A DNA stretch of 64,000 bases from Patescibacteria group bacterium (GTDB taxonomy: Bacteria > Patescibacteriota > Patescibacteriia > UBA2591 > UBA6264): contig JADHVF010000001.1 in assembly GCA_016784145.1 (NCBI GenBank), positions 26,367 to 90,366 of the forward strand, in the 5' to 3' direction. The notes under the pieces were generated by a model. That model was not told the DNA's origin, did not search any database, and saw only the letters and a program-made list of their open reading frames with translations. Positions 1 to 10,350 of the stretch are shown here, piece by piece (position 1 is the stretch's first letter; each line of letters starts with the position of its first letter). The position numbers were made by a program, and so were the translations under genes.

Positions 1-2502
1 GATGAATATTTAGAATCATTAGAACCAATATCTGTTGAAGCAGAACCAATTGTTGCAGATATTAAGATAGATGCTTATGGAGATGAATATGTAGAGTTTG
101 CTGGTGAAAAATTTTATCAACCAGCTGGAGCTGAAATACTATCAACAACTGTTGATGGACATCCAGCAATTGAATTAATAAATACAGATGGCCAGACAAT
201 AGAAATTGTTGATTTTGGAGAAAATGGTGGATTAAAGTATTCAGCAGAATGGCCTACAGGAGAAGTTGATTATGTTGATTACAATGTATTAGGACATGAC
301 GGGTTAGTGGAAAATGGTTTTACAGAAAAGCCATGGATCAATGAATTTAATGAAGTTTTAAATGCTGAAACATTTGACGAAACAAAAGCTAAAGATTTAT
401 TATCAGATACATTACAAAAAGGTGGTTATTTAAAAGATGCTCAAGAAACAAAAGTATTTTTGCAAGTTTTGGGAGGGGAAGATGGCCATATAGACAAAAA
501 TCTTGGTGGACTTTTAGCAGGTTCTGGTAAATTTGATGAAAATGTTTTGAAAGATGCTACTGAACACTTTAAGCAAGCCACAACTAGTGAAGAATTGCCT
601 GATAGTGAAAATTGGACGCCAAGATATATTTATAATGAGGAAGGAGAGGCAGAATTAACAAATTTTCGAAAAATCGGCTGGCATAAATATGAAATTTCCC
701 ATCAAGATGGTAGTATTGAATCAATCAAGGGAGCAGGATTTCTTGGCAAAGATACTGCTGAAGACAAGCTTCAAGATTTAATGACTAAAAAAGTAGTTGA
801 AGACGTTGAACCAGTGACCCCTGACGTTGAACCAGTGACGACAGGGGGAGAGCCAGTGACGACAGAGGGAGAACCAGTGACGACAAAGGAAGAGTCAGTG
901 ACGACAAAGGAAGAGTCAGTGACGACAGAAGAAGAGTCAGTGACGACAGAGGGAGAACCAGTGACCTCTGAGGGTGAACCAGTGACTCTTGATATTGAAC
1001 CAGTAACTCCTGAGGGTGAAGTAACTGAAGAGGTTGTTCCAAAAACCACAGATGCGGAAACCCTTGACGTTGAACCAGTGACTCCTGATGTTGAACCAGT
1101 ATCAGAAATTCCAACATTTGATAGTGTAATTGCTAAAGGGGATAGTACATTCTCGTCAGACAATAAAGAAGAACTTCTAGCAACAATAAATAAATGGCAA
1201 AATACTCCAGAAGGAACAAAACAAGAAATCACAAATTATTTAGGAGAAAATGGGTCATATCCAAGTGCTGAAAAATATATTATAACTCAAACTCCTAATA
1301 ATACAGCCCAGATTGATTTTTTTAATAAAGATGATGAAATGTTGGGAAGCAGTTATACAAGCGGGAGCTTTAGGACTGAACTGCCAACAGGAGGTGCTGA
1401 CAGTCTAGCAGCAGAAGGTGATAGCGCTGAAGAAGTTGTTCCAAAAACCACAGATGCGGAAACCCCTGATGTTGAACCAGTGACCCCTGATGTTGAACCA
1501 GTGACTCCTGACGTTGAACCAGTGACTCCTGACGTTGAACCTGCTGAACAACTATTGGATAATCAAGCGACTCAGCTATCAAATGGTGAGATTACAGCAA
1601 AGGATTTTATTAATAATAGGCTGAAAGCTAATGATGGGATGATTCATAAATCAGGATCTAATAATGATTTTAGTGGGGATATGGAAAAAATATATTATAG
1701 TAGTAATTTATCTACTGATGATAAAATTAAAGTTTTGCAAGAAATTAATGAAGAAATAGAATCTAATAATCGTTATAAAGTAATTAGTGGTAGCATAAAG
1801 GAAAATCTTGAATTCTTAGAAAGACGGCAAAGCTATGAAAAATTTATGAGTAGTGATGTTTATGATGAAAGAATAACAGCATTAAATGAAATATTTGAAA
1901 GCAAGGATGTTGACGAAGGCATTGTTATGATTAATCGAAAAATATTCTCAAGAGATGCGGAGGGCGACATTTCTTATTTGGGGGATAATTTTAGTACCAA
2001 AGATCAATTTATACCAGTTAAGATAGATGCTGGGAATATAAATGACATAGCAGAAGGGAATATAGAGTTAGACCCTGTAGAAACCACAGAGCCAGTGACG
2101 ACAGAGGGAGAACCAGTGACTTCTGAGGGTGAACCAGTGACTTCTGAGGGTGAACCAGTGACTTCTGAGGGTGAACCAGTGACTTCTGAGGGTGAACCAG
2201 TGACGACAGAGGGAGAGCCAGTAACTTCTGAGGGTGAACCAGTGACTCCTGATGTTGAACCAGTGACTCCTGACGTTGAACCAGTGACAACAGAGGGAGA
2301 GTCAGAGATAGTTCCTGATTCAAAATTTGGTACTTATGACGAGTTTAGTAAAACCGCTGAGGCCATGACAGTCGGCACTAAGTTTAATATGGGCGGGATT
2401 GAATTTATGAGATTGACTGAGTATGGCGATATTTTAGTAGTAGAAGATGGTTCAATTATAAAAGATAAAGAAGATTGGCAGGAATTTTTAAAGAAACAAT
2501 GA
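1..2502 (+). CDS. Large acidic low-complexity repeat protein, 5'-truncated by the window edge; probably surface or secreted
   Basis: Frame +1 is open from base 1 (DEYLESLEPISVEAEP...) into the 307..2502 ORF. E/D/T/P/V-rich, with 7-aa repeats EPVTPDV/EPVTTEG/EPVTSEG. Confidence 0.75.
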   Translation, partial: DEYLESLEPISVEAEPIVADIKIDAYGDEYVEFAGEKFYQPAGAEILSTTVDGHPAIELINTDGQTIEIVDFGENGGLKYSAEWPTGEVDYVDYNVLGHDGLVENGFTEKPWINEFNEVLNAETFDETKAKDLLSDTLQKGGYLKDAQETKVFLQVLGGEDGHIDKNLGGLLAGSGKFDENVLKDATEHFKQATTSEELPDSENWTPRYIYNEEGEAELTNFRKIGWHKYEISHQDGSIESIKGAGFLGKDTAEDKLQDLMTKKVVEDVEPVTPDVEPVTTGGEPVTTEGEPVTTKEESVTTKEESVTTEEESVTTEGEPVTSEGEPVTLDIEPVTPEGEVTEEVVPKTTDAETLDVEPVTPDVEPVSEIPTFDSVIAKGDSTFSSDNKEELLATINKWQNTPEGTKQEITNYLGENGSYPSAEKYIITQTPNNTAQIDFFNKDDEMLGSSYTSGSFRTELPTGGADSLAAEGDSAEEVVPKTTDAETPDVEPVTPDVEPVTPDVEPVTPDVEPAEQLLDNQATQLSNGEITAKDFINNRLKANDGMIHKSGSNNDFSGDMEKIYYSSNLSTDDKIKVLQEINEEIESNNRYKVISGSIKENLEFLERRQSYEKFMSSDVYDERITALNEIFESKDVDEGIVMINRKIFSRDAEGDISYLGDNFSTKDQFIPVKIDAGNINDIAEGNIELDPVETTEPVTTEGEPVTSEGEPVTSEGEPVTSEGEPVTSEGEPVTTEGEPVTSEGEPVTPDVEPVTPDVEPVTTEGESEIVPDSKFGTYDEFSKTAEAMTVGTKFNMGGIEFMRLTEYGDILVVEDGSIIKDKEDWQEFLKKQ
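802..1100 (+). repeat. 21-bp coding tandem repeats (GAACCAGTGACx...), block 1
   Basis: Period-21 repeats encoding EPVTPDV/EPVTTEG/ESVTTKE; boundaries approximate. Confidence 0.85.
1429..1542 (+). repeat. Copy of the EEVVPKTTDAET-(DVEPVTP)n module, block 2
   Basis: gttgttccaaaaaccacagatgcggaaaccc occurs at about 1033 and about 1435, each followed by 21-bp units. Confidence 0.85.
2089..2300 (+). repeat. 21-bp coding tandem repeats, block 3 (about 10 units)
   Basis: gaaccagtgacttctgagggt repeated, plus variants. Confidence 0.9.
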
Positions 2503-2580
2503 AGGAAAAAAAGACGTGTCTCTTAATGGTCGTTGTTTTGTTGACTCACTATTAGAGATTTACATCATTTAATTTAAATA

Positions 2581-2612
2581 AAAAAAGGATCTGTCGTTGA
2601 CAGAACCTTTTT
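2581..2612 (+). terminator. Intrinsic terminator, possibly bidirectional
   Basis: aaaaaaggatctgtc-gtt-gacagaaccttttt inverted repeat flanked by A and T runs. Confidence 0.7.
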
Positions 2613-2940
2613 GGTTAACTTTACTTTTTCTTAAAGTGCTATACAATAGCAGCATATTTTTTATTTTTTGTTAATCTCTTTAAAAATTTATAAATGGTTC
2701 CGTATTTTGAACGAAATTCGAATTTTTTTCAAAGAAAATCTCGAACAAGAATAAGGTGCGTTTTTCTGCCTACCAACAGGTAGGTCTACATTTTTTAGTT
2801 TTTTCCTACGCAATTTTTTTCTCGCCTGCGCTGAGGATTAGGTGGGCAGGTAAAAGGAAAAGGCGATTTTTCTGCTCGGCTTTGGTGCTAAATCGTGTGG
2901 CATAGTGAATCTTCGCAAGGATTATTTGTCCGATTTTGGC

Positions 2941-2969
2941 TTGTTAAAAACTAATTTTTATGGTATAAT
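2941..2969 (+). promoter_or_regulatory. sigma70-type promoter for gyrB
   Basis: TTGTTA-N17-TATAAT with extended -10 TG. Confidence 0.55.
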
Positions 2970-3006
2970 ATTGGTATGTTAATAAATAAATCAACGTTCT
3001 AATTCT

Positions 3007-5070
3007 ATGAATACAAAGGCAAACCAGAAGGATACTCAAAATAAAAAACAAGCAAAAAAAAGTTCTTATGGAGCTAGTCAAATTACTGTTTTGGAAGGGT
3101 TGGCGCCAGTTAGAAAAAGGCCGGCAATGTATATTGGCTCAACTGGTTCAAGAGGGTTGCATCATTTAATTTGGGAATGTGTTGATAATGGAATTGACGA
3201 AGCAATTGCAGGTCATTGTAATAGAATAGAAATAGAACTTTTGCCTGAATCAAAGATTAGAGTTAGTGACAATGGTAGAGGAATTCCAGTTGATATTCAT
3301 AAGCAAGCAGGTGTGTCAGCTTTAGAAGTTGTTATGACTAAGCTTCATGCTGGAGCAAAATTTAGTTCAGAAACATACAAGGTGTCAGGAGGGTTGCACG
3401 GGGTTGGCATTTCTGTTGTTAACGCCTTGTCGTCTAAAATGAGAGCAGAAGTTAAAAGGGAAGGTAAGTTATGGGTGCAAGAATATAAAGAAGGAAAACC
3501 ATTAAGGAAAGTTAAATCAATTGGTAAATCAACAAGTACAGGGACCACGGTTATTTTTCAGCCAGATTTTAGTATATTTGATGAAAATGAATTTAAATGG
3601 GAGGTAATACTTTCTCATTTAAGACAACAGGCCTATTTAACAAGTGGGCTGATTATTAAAATTATTGATAGCAGAGAAGAAAAAGATAAGCGATCTTATA
3701 AGTTTTATTTTGAAGGAGGAGTTAGTTCTTTTGTTCGACATCTGAACAGAACAAATGAGTGTCGTCACGAAAATATTTTTTATATGAAAAAAGAAGTTGA
3801 TGATGTTTTTGTAGAAATAGGACTTCAATATACAGAGGATTATAAAGAAACTATTTTTGGGTTTGCTAATAATATTTATACACCAGAAGGAGGAACTCAT
3901 ATTTCTGGGTTCAGAACTGCTTTAACCAGAACTTTAAATAATTTTGCTAGAGAAAAAGGATATATAAAAGAAAAGGATTCTAATCTGACAGGGGATGATG
4001 TGAGAGAGGGGTTAACAACTGTTGTTAGTGTGAGATTACCAAATCCTCAGTTTGAAGGGCAGACAAAGGCAAAGCTTGGTAATGCCGAAGCAAGGTCATC
4101 TGTTGATACGGCTTTTTCAACTATTTTTAAAGAATTTTTAGATGAAAATCCAAAAGATTTTCAAGCAATTATTCAGAAATGTATTTTAGCATCAAATGCC
4201 CGTAAAGCTGCCAGAACAGCCAAGGAAGCGGTTTTAAGGAAAGGGGTTTTAGATAGTTTGTCATTGCCTGGCAAGTTATCAGATTGTTCTTCTAAAAAAC
4301 CAGAAGAAAGTGAATTATTCATAGTTGAGGGAGATAGTGCCGGAGGCTCGTGTAAAATGGGGCGGGACAGAAATTATCAGGCGATTTTACCGTTAAGGGG
4401 CAAAATACTTAATGTTCAAAGAGCTAGGTTGGATAAAATTTTAGCAAATCAAGAATTAAAATCATTAGTGATTGCTATGGGAACAGGAATTGGAGAACAG
4501 TTCAATATAGCCAAACTAAGATATCATAAAATAATTTTAATGGCTGATGCAGATAGTGATGGCATGCATATTAAAACACTTTTATTAACATTTTTTTATC
4601 ATTATTTCCCAGAATTAATTAAAAAAGGATATGTATATGTGGCCATGCCTCCTTTATATAGACTGAAGAAAGGGAAAAAAGTTATTTATGTTTTTACAGA
4701 GGAAGAAAAAGAAAGAGAACTAGCCAAGTTACAAAAAGTAAAAGACGTAAAACCGGCCAAAGCAACTACGATTGTAAAAGGGTTTAGAACTAAAAGCATT
4801 GGAGAAGATACAGATAAACAAGAAGTTCAAGAGGACCCAACCAAATTACCAGCAGTCAGTATTCAGAGATATAAAGGGTTAGGCGAAATGAATCCAGATG
4901 AGTTATTTGACACAACCATGGACCCAGACAAAAGGTTGTTAAAAAAGATAGAGATACAAGACCTTGAATCAGTTGATGAAGTTTTTGAAATTTTAATGGG
5001 CAAGGAAGTTGCACCGAGAAAAAGATTTATTCAAACCCATGCTAAAACAGTTAAAAATCTTGACATTTAA
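3007..5070 (+). CDS. gyrB: DNA gyrase subunit B
   Basis: VRKRPAMYIG, ECVDNGIDE, DNGRGIP, GGLHGVG, VEGDSAGG, PLRGKILN, DADSDG, QRYKGLGEM motifs. Confidence 0.95.
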   Translation: MNTKANQKDTQNKKQAKKSSYGASQITVLEGLAPVRKRPAMYIGSTGSRGLHHLIWECVDNGIDEAIAGHCNRIEIELLPESKIRVSDNGRGIPVDIHKQAGVSALEVVMTKLHAGAKFSSETYKVSGGLHGVGISVVNALSSKMRAEVKREGKLWVQEYKEGKPLRKVKSIGKSTSTGTTVIFQPDFSIFDENEFKWEVILSHLRQQAYLTSGLIIKIIDSREEKDKRSYKFYFEGGVSSFVRHLNRTNECRHENIFYMKKEVDDVFVEIGLQYTEDYKETIFGFANNIYTPEGGTHISGFRTALTRTLNNFAREKGYIKEKDSNLTGDDVREGLTTVVSVRLPNPQFEGQTKAKLGNAEARSSVDTAFSTIFKEFLDENPKDFQAIIQKCILASNARKAARTAKEAVLRKGVLDSLSLPGKLSDCSSKKPEESELFIVEGDSAGGSCKMGRDRNYQAILPLRGKILNVQRARLDKILANQELKSLVIAMGTGIGEQFNIAKLRYHKIILMADADSDGMHIKTLLLTFFYHYFPELIKKGYVYVAMPPLYRLKKGKKVIYVFTEEEKERELAKLQKVKDVKPAKATTIVKGFRTKSIGEDTDKQEVQEDPTKLPAVSIQRYKGLGEMNPDELFDTTMDPDKRLLKKIEIQDLESVDEVFEILMGKEVAPRKRFIQTHAKTVKNLDI

Positions 5071-5087
5071 TTTTTATATGTTATGAT
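5060..5087 (+). promoter_or_regulatory. sigma70-type promoter for secE-nusG-rplKA
   Basis: TTGACA-N16-TATGAT with extended TG; overlaps the gyrB 3' end. Confidence 0.55.
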
Positions 5088-5138
5088 TTTATAGGACCCG
5101 CCCAGGGGTCATTTTAAGAATTTTTTATTTAAAAATAT

Positions 5139-5321
5139 ATGGTAAAAAAATTCACAGATTATATTAAAAATTCAATTATAGAATTAAGAAAAGTTGAGTG
5201 GCCAAGCAGAGAACAAGCAATAAAACATACTATACTTGTTGTTGGGGTGAGTCTTGTAGTAGCTGCTTTTTTAGGAGTAATTGATTTTATATTAACTAAT
5301 GTTTTGCAACTAGTAATTTAA
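5139..5321 (+). CDS. secE: Preprotein translocase subunit SecE
   Basis: ELRKVEWP motif, one TM helix, lies upstream of nusG. Confidence 0.95.
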   Translation: MVKKFTDYIKNSIIELRKVEWPSREQAIKHTILVVGVSLVVAAFLGVIDFILTNVLQLVI

Positions 5322-5341
5322 TTTTTATTTTTTAAAAAAAT

Positions 5342-5887
5342 ATGCCAAAGCAAATACAAAAAGAAGGCCGTCAATGGTATGCAATTCATGTTTATTCGGG
5401 CTATGAAGAAAATGTTTCAGAAACATTAAAAAAAAGAATTAAATCAATGAACATGTCTGATAAGATTTTTGAAGTATTGGTTCCAACAGAAAAGAAAATC
5501 AAAGTTAAAAATGGTAGGCGTAGGACTATTGTTGAAAAAATTTTTCCTGGATATGTTTTAGTTAGAATGGTTGTTGATGATGATTCTTGGTATGCTGTTA
5601 GAAATACACCAAGTGTGACAGGTTTTATTGGGTCGGGAGTGACGCCAACGCCTTTGTCTGATCAAGAAATAAAGTCAATAAAAAAGAGAATGAAAATAGA
5701 GGAGCCAAAGTACAAGATAGATATTGCTATTAATTCGCCAGTTAAAATAATAGATGGCCCGTTTAAGGGATTTGAAGGAAGAGTTTCAGAGGTGGATGAA
5801 GCTAGAGGGAGAATAAAGGTATTAATTTCAGTTTTTGGTAGAGAAACTCCAGCTGAATTAGATTTTTTGCAAATTAAAAAAATATAG
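5342..5887 (+). CDS. nusG: Transcription termination/antitermination factor NusG
   Basis: [21 protein letters not shown] motif [15 protein letters not shown]. Confidence 0.97.
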   Translation: MPKQIQKEGRQWYAIHVYSGYEENVSETLKKRIKSMNMSDKIFEVLVPTEKKIKVKNGRRRTIVEKIFPGYVLVRMVVDDDSWYAVRNTPSVTGFIGSGVTPTPLSDQEIKSIKKRMKIEEPKYKIDIAINSPVKIIDGPFKGFEGRVSEVDEARGRIKVLISVFGRETPAELDFLQIKKI

Positions 5888-5907
5888 GATTAAGATTTAT
5901 ATTCTTT

Positions 5908-6330
5908 ATGAAAAAAATAAAAAGCACAATTAAATTACAAATTATGGCAGGGCAAGCAACTCCTGCTCCTCCTATTGGTCCAATTCTTGGACAGCACGGG
6001 CTTAATATAGCTGAATTTTGTAAGCAATTTAATGATAGAAGCAAGGATATGTCGGGCGACATTATTCCTGTTAGGATAACTGTTTTTCAGGACAATACAT
6101 ATTCTTTTGTTTTAAAAACGCCCTTAGCGTCTTCATTGATTAAAAAAGCTGTTAATGTTAAAAAAGGATCAAGTAGCCCTCTTCAAGAAAAAGTGGGCAA
6201 AATATCTAAATCCAAGATTGAAGAAATAGCTAAAATTAAAATGCCTGACCTAAATACTAATAATCTTGAGCAGGCTTGCAAAATTATACAAGGAACAGCC
6301 AGACAGATGGGAATAGAGACAGAAGAATAA
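5908..6330 (+). CDS. rplK: 50S ribosomal protein L11
   Basis: [31 protein letters not shown]. Confidence 0.97.
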   Translation: MKKIKSTIKLQIMAGQATPAPPIGPILGQHGLNIAEFCKQFNDRSKDMSGDIIPVRITVFQDNTYSFVLKTPLASSLIKKAVNVKKGSSSPLQEKVGKISKSKIEEIAKIKMPDLNTNNLEQACKIIQGTARQMGIETEE

Positions 6331-6349
6331 ATAATTATATAAGTATTTT

Positions 6350-7027
6350 ATGAAAAGCAAGAAACATCAAAACATATCCTCAAAAATAGATAAATCTAAA
6401 TTATATAGTTTAGATGAAGCAATTGATTTTATTAAGAAAAATCCAGTTGTGAAATTTGAAGAATCAATTGAAGCACATATTCATTTAGGGATAAATCCAA
6501 TTAAGACAGAGCAAAAGGTTAGGGGGTCTATTTTATTACCAAATCCAATGCCAAAGAAAATCAAAATAGTTGCTTTTGTGTCTGACAAGCAGAAGAAATC
6601 AGCCAAAGAAGCAGGGGCTGACTTAGTTGGAGGAGAAGATTTGATTGATCAGATTAGTAAAGAAAAAAAATGTAATTTTGATATAGCTGTAGCAGAGCCA
6701 GCCATGATGCAAATATTGTCTAAAATAGCAAAAGTTTTAGGACCAAAAGGGTTAATGCCAAGTGAAAAAGCAGAAACGCTTGGCAATGATGTTTCTAGTA
6801 TAATTAAGCAAATCAAGGCAGGTAAAATTTTCTTTAGAAATGATGCAGGAGCAAATATTCATTGTGCTATTGGTAAGTCTTCATGGGAAGCAGGCAAAAT
6901 AAAGGAAAACCTTGATGCTCTTTTAACTTTATTAAAAAAAATAAAACCCTCTGGAACAAAGGGTGAATTTATTAGAAAAATTTTTATTTGTTCAACAATG
7001 GGGCCTGCAATAGAAATTAGTTTATAG
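6350..7027 (+). CDS. rplA: 50S ribosomal protein L1
   Basis: LGPKGLMP, STMGP; follows rplK. Confidence 0.96.
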   Translation: MKSKKHQNISSKIDKSKLYSLDEAIDFIKKNPVVKFEESIEAHIHLGINPIKTEQKVRGSILLPNPMPKKIKIVAFVSDKQKKSAKEAGADLVGGEDLIDQISKEKKCNFDIAVAEPAMMQILSKIAKVLGPKGLMPSEKAETLGNDVSSIIKQIKAGKIFFRNDAGANIHCAIGKSSWEAGKIKENLDALLTLLKKIKPSGTKGEFIRKIFICSTMGPAIEISL

Positions 7028-8414
7028 TTCTTTTTTTGATACTTGGCCCATTCGGCTTATCTTCTATATCAAATCCTAATTTATTAATTTGTTTTCTTAG
7101 TTTATCAGATTCTTCCCATTCTTGATTGTCTCTCATTACTTGGCGTTGAATAGCCATTTTTTTTATTTTAGCAGGAATTTTTGCCTGTTTTTTAATTTTA
7201 TCAAGCCCAAGACAGAGAACTTTATCAAAATCTAATATAGTGGCCAGTTTGTCTGCTTGTTTGTGATTACTTTTTATAATATCCCACATAATAGCAATTG
7301 CTGCTGGCGTATCTAAATCATTATTAATGGCTGTTTGAAATTTTTTCTGGTATAATTTTATTATTTTGCTTGGACGATTATATGATGATATTGTGTTATA
7401 TAGATTATTTAATGCATTTTGGCTTGATTTTAAGTTTTGCCAGGAAAAGGAAAGAGGAGACCTATATTTAGCGCTTAAACAGAGATATCTGTATGCAATT
7501 GGATTAAAATTTTTGGCAATTAGGGTTGATAGAGTTATAAATGTTTCTTTGCTTTTTGACATTTTGGCTTTATCAAGAATAAGAAATTCATTGTGTACCC
7601 AATAATTTGCTAGTGGTTTGTGGTTAATTGCTTGTGCTTGTGCAATTTCGTTTGTGTGATGAACAGGGATATGGTCAATTCCTCCAGTATGAATGTCAAA
7701 CGGTTGTTTTAAGTATTTAACTGACATGGTTGAACATTCAATGTGCCAGCCAGGCCATCCTTTTCCCCAAGGAGAATCCCATTGCATGATATGATTTTTA
7801 TTTTTAGGGGTTGATTTAAGCCAAAGAGCAAAATCGGTTGGAGTTTTTTTAGTAGGGTTTACACAAACTCTGGCTCCGTGTAAAAGATTTTCAATGTCTA
7901 TTTTAGCAATTTTTCCATAATTTTTAAGCTTGGCAGTATCAAAATAAATTCCATCAGCTGTTTCGTAGCAATAGCCATTTTTTTCAATTTTTTTAATATC
8001 TGATATCATGTCTTCAACATGTTCAGTTGCTTTTGCCCATTTACTAGGATGAGAAATATTTAATTTTGTAATATCAGATTTAAATGCATTAGTATAAAAA
8101 TTAGATATTTGTTTCATTGAATTAATATCTAGTTTTTTACCCTCCCTTTTAATGGCTGTTATTATCTTGTCTTCGCCTTCATCTTGGTCAGAAGTTAGAT
8201 GTCCAACATCAGTAATATTTATTACATGTTTTATTTTATAATCATTATATTCCAATGTTTTTTTTAGTATATCAGCAAAAATATATGCCCTTAAGTTTCC
8301 AATATGGGCATAATTATAAACAGTTGGACCACAACTATATAACCCAACCTGTTTTAGTTTAATTGGTCTAAATATTTCTTTTTTTCTTGTTAGAGTATTA
8401 TATAATTTTATCAT
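7017..8414 (-). CDS. cysS: Cysteine--tRNA ligase
   Basis: CGPTVY, HIGN, GWPGWHIEC, KMSKS. Confidence 0.97.
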   Translation of the reverse strand: MIKLYNTLTRKKEIFRPIKLKQVGLYSCGPTVYNYAHIGNLRAYIFADILKKTLEYNDYKIKHVINITDVGHLTSDQDEGEDKIITAIKREGKKLDINSMKQISNFYTNAFKSDITKLNISHPSKWAKATEHVEDMISDIKKIEKNGYCYETADGIYFDTAKLKNYGKIAKIDIENLLHGARVCVNPTKKTPTDFALWLKSTPKNKNHIMQWDSPWGKGWPGWHIECSTMSVKYLKQPFDIHTGGIDHIPVHHTNEIAQAQAINHKPLANYWVHNEFLILDKAKMSKSKETFITLSTLIAKNFNPIAYRYLCLSAKYRSPLSFSWQNLKSSQNALNNLYNTISSYNRPSKIIKLYQKKFQTAINNDLDTPAAIAIMWDIIKSNHKQADKLATILDFDKVLCLGLDKIKKQAKIPAKIKKMAIQRQVMRDNQEWEESDKLRKQINKLGFDIEDKPNGPSIKKRTIN

Positions 8415-8419
8415 TTTTA

Positions 8420-9346
8420 TTAAAGTATTTTTTTTCTTTTAAAGTTATATATCATAATTAGAACAATCATTATCATTACAGCAATAATCCAAAAAAATGC
8501 AAATTTATGACCTGAAAAAGGGATATGGTCTAACCCCATACTAAAGAGGCTGGCTAGCAATGTTAATGGCAATATAATTACAGAAATAATAGTCAAGATT
8601 TTAATAATATTGTTTAGTTTGAACGAAATTAAAGAATTGTTAGTTGTTTCAATTGCTTGAATTATTTGATTCATGCTTTCCATATCTCGCCAGTTTTTTT
8701 CAGTGCTTTCAATCAATTTATCAAAATAAAATTTTATTTCTTCTAAAGAAGGTTTTAGGTTGTTTCTTTCAATAAATTTTAAAAGGATTGTTTTATGTAG
8801 TCGTATTACTTTTTTGATATTAATAATATTTGTTTTAGCAATTAGAATTTCGTTAACCATGCCTTTTTCTCTGCCTGCAAATATTTGTTTTTCAATATTT
8901 TGTATATTATTATTTATGATGTCTAAAATTGGTTCACAATTTTTTAATAATCTCTTCAAAATTTGATATACAAGAAAGTGAGTTTCTATAAAATATTTTT
9001 CTTTTTCTTCTGTTGATATTTTACAGGAATTGAAAAAATTAATTAAATCAGGTAATTCGTTTTTATGTAAAGTAATAATCAAGTCAGAGTAAATAAAAAA
9101 GTTAATCTCAGATGATGTAATTTTTCTTGTTTTTTTATGATAAATAGGAAAATGTAATGATAAAAAAGTATATTTTGAAGTTTTTTCAATTTTTTGATGA
9201 TTGGCATCAGACAAGCACTCATCTATATGTTTTTGATTTATATCAAAATTTTTGGTTAAATATTTTAATTCTTGGTTGTTTAGTTTTGAAATATTTACCC
9301 AAGTTATTTTGTCTGATTTAATTTTTTGTATAATAGATATTGCCAT
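8420..9346 (-). CDS. corA: CorA-family Mg2+/Co2+ transporter
   Basis: Soluble N-domain plus two C-terminal TM helices (KILTIISVIILPLTLLASLFSMG; the GMN motif is altered to SMG). Start placed at ATG 9346, just behind a -10 box. Confidence 0.85.
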   Translation of the reverse strand: MAISIIQKIKSDKITWVNISKLNNQELKYLTKNFDINQKHIDECLSDANHQKIEKTSKYTFLSLHFPIYHKKTRKITSSEINFFIYSDLIITLHKNELPDLINFFNSCKISTEEKEKYFIETHFLVYQILKRLLKNCEPILDIINNNIQNIEKQIFAGREKGMVNEILIAKTNIINIKKVIRLHKTILLKFIERNNLKPSLEEIKFYFDKLIESTEKNWRDMESMNQIIQAIETTNNSLISFKLNNIIKILTIISVIILPLTLLASLFSMGLDHIPFSGHKFAFFWIIAVMIMIVLIMIYNFKRKKIL

Positions 9347-9408
9347 ATTTATATAATACAATTTTTAAATAATTTGCCAAGTGTTAAAAAAATGGTAATA
9401 TTAAGAAT

Positions 9409-10350
9409 ATGATTGAACAAAAAATATCAAAGAATATTTTATTAGCCCCTTTTACAACTTTTAAAATTGGTGGTCAAGCCAAATATTTTTTAAAAGTCAA
9501 AAAAGTTCAAGATATAATTAAAGCTATTCAGTGGGCTAATAAAGAAAAAGTAGATTTTTTTATATTAGGAGGCGGGAGCAATGTTTTATTTTCAGACAAA
9601 GAATTCAATGGGTTAATAATAAAAATTGAGAGTATAAAGAATGGTATGGTTGTTTTGCCTAAGCAATCAGGTCATTTAAGAGTAATTGCTTGGGCTGGTA
9701 ATAATTTATCTCAATTAATTAATTTTGTATCAAGTAGGGGTGGGAAGGGATTAGAGCACATGGCAGGCATCCCTGGTACAATTGGAGGAGCTGTCCGAGG
9801 TAATGCTGGGGCATTTGGAGTGTCAATGTCTGATTTTGTGGAACAAGTGAGTGTTTTAAGGGATGGCAAAATCATTGATTTGAGAAATAAAAATATAAAG
9901 TTTTTTTATAGAGATAGCATTTTTAAACATAATCAAGATGTTATTTTAAATATAGTTTTACGGTTTGGTAAAACATCTTCTATTGAAAGTAAAAAAATAA
10001 TTCAAGCTAACATTAAGCAAAGAAGAAAATTTCAGCCGAAAGAACCAAGCGTTGGCTGTATTTTTAAAAATATAAAACTTAATGATATCCCATTTCAAAT
10101 AAAAAAAAGTGATTTAATTTCAGATAATTTTAAGAAATTAGGAATGATTCCAGCTGGACTACTGATTGATAAATGTGGGTTAAAGGGAGAGATTATCAAC
10201 GATGCTCAAATTAGTACACAACATGCTAATTTTATAATAAATAAAAAAAATGCTAAATCAGAAGATGTTGTGGCTCTTATTAAAAAAATTAAAAAATGTG
10301 TTAAAGATAAATTCAATATTAATTTAAGGGAAGAAATTAAATATGTCTGA
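9409..10350 (+). CDS. murB: UDP-N-acetylenolpyruvoylglucosamine reductase
   Basis: TTFKIGG, LGGGSN, GIPGTIGGAVRGNAGA, SVGCIFKN, HANF. Confidence 0.96.
   Translation: MIEQKISKNILLAPFTTFKIGGQAKYFLKVKKVQDIIKAIQWANKEKVDFFILGGGSNVLFSDKEFNGLIIKIESIKNGMVVLPKQSGHLRVIAWAGNNLSQLINFVSSRGGKGLEHMAGIPGTIGGAVRGNAGAFGVSMSDFVEQVSVLRDGKIIDLRNKNIKFFYRDSIFKHNQDVILNIVLRFGKTSSIESKKIIQANIKQRRKFQPKEPSVGCIFKNIKLNDIPFQIKKSDLISDNFKKLGMIPAGLLIDKCGLKGEIINDAQISTQHANFIINKKNAKSEDVVALIKKIKKCVKDKFNINLREEIKYV

Noticed and set aside
771-2323. Minus-strand ORFs 771..1232, 785..1117, 1370..1582 and 2018..2323
   Set aside because: Antisense shadows of the repeat-rich + strand CDS.
5094-5110. Possible tRNA-Trp or leader RNA before secE (GGACCCGCCCAGGGGTC)
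   Set aside because: Only a short hairpin with no cloverleaf; too little to call.
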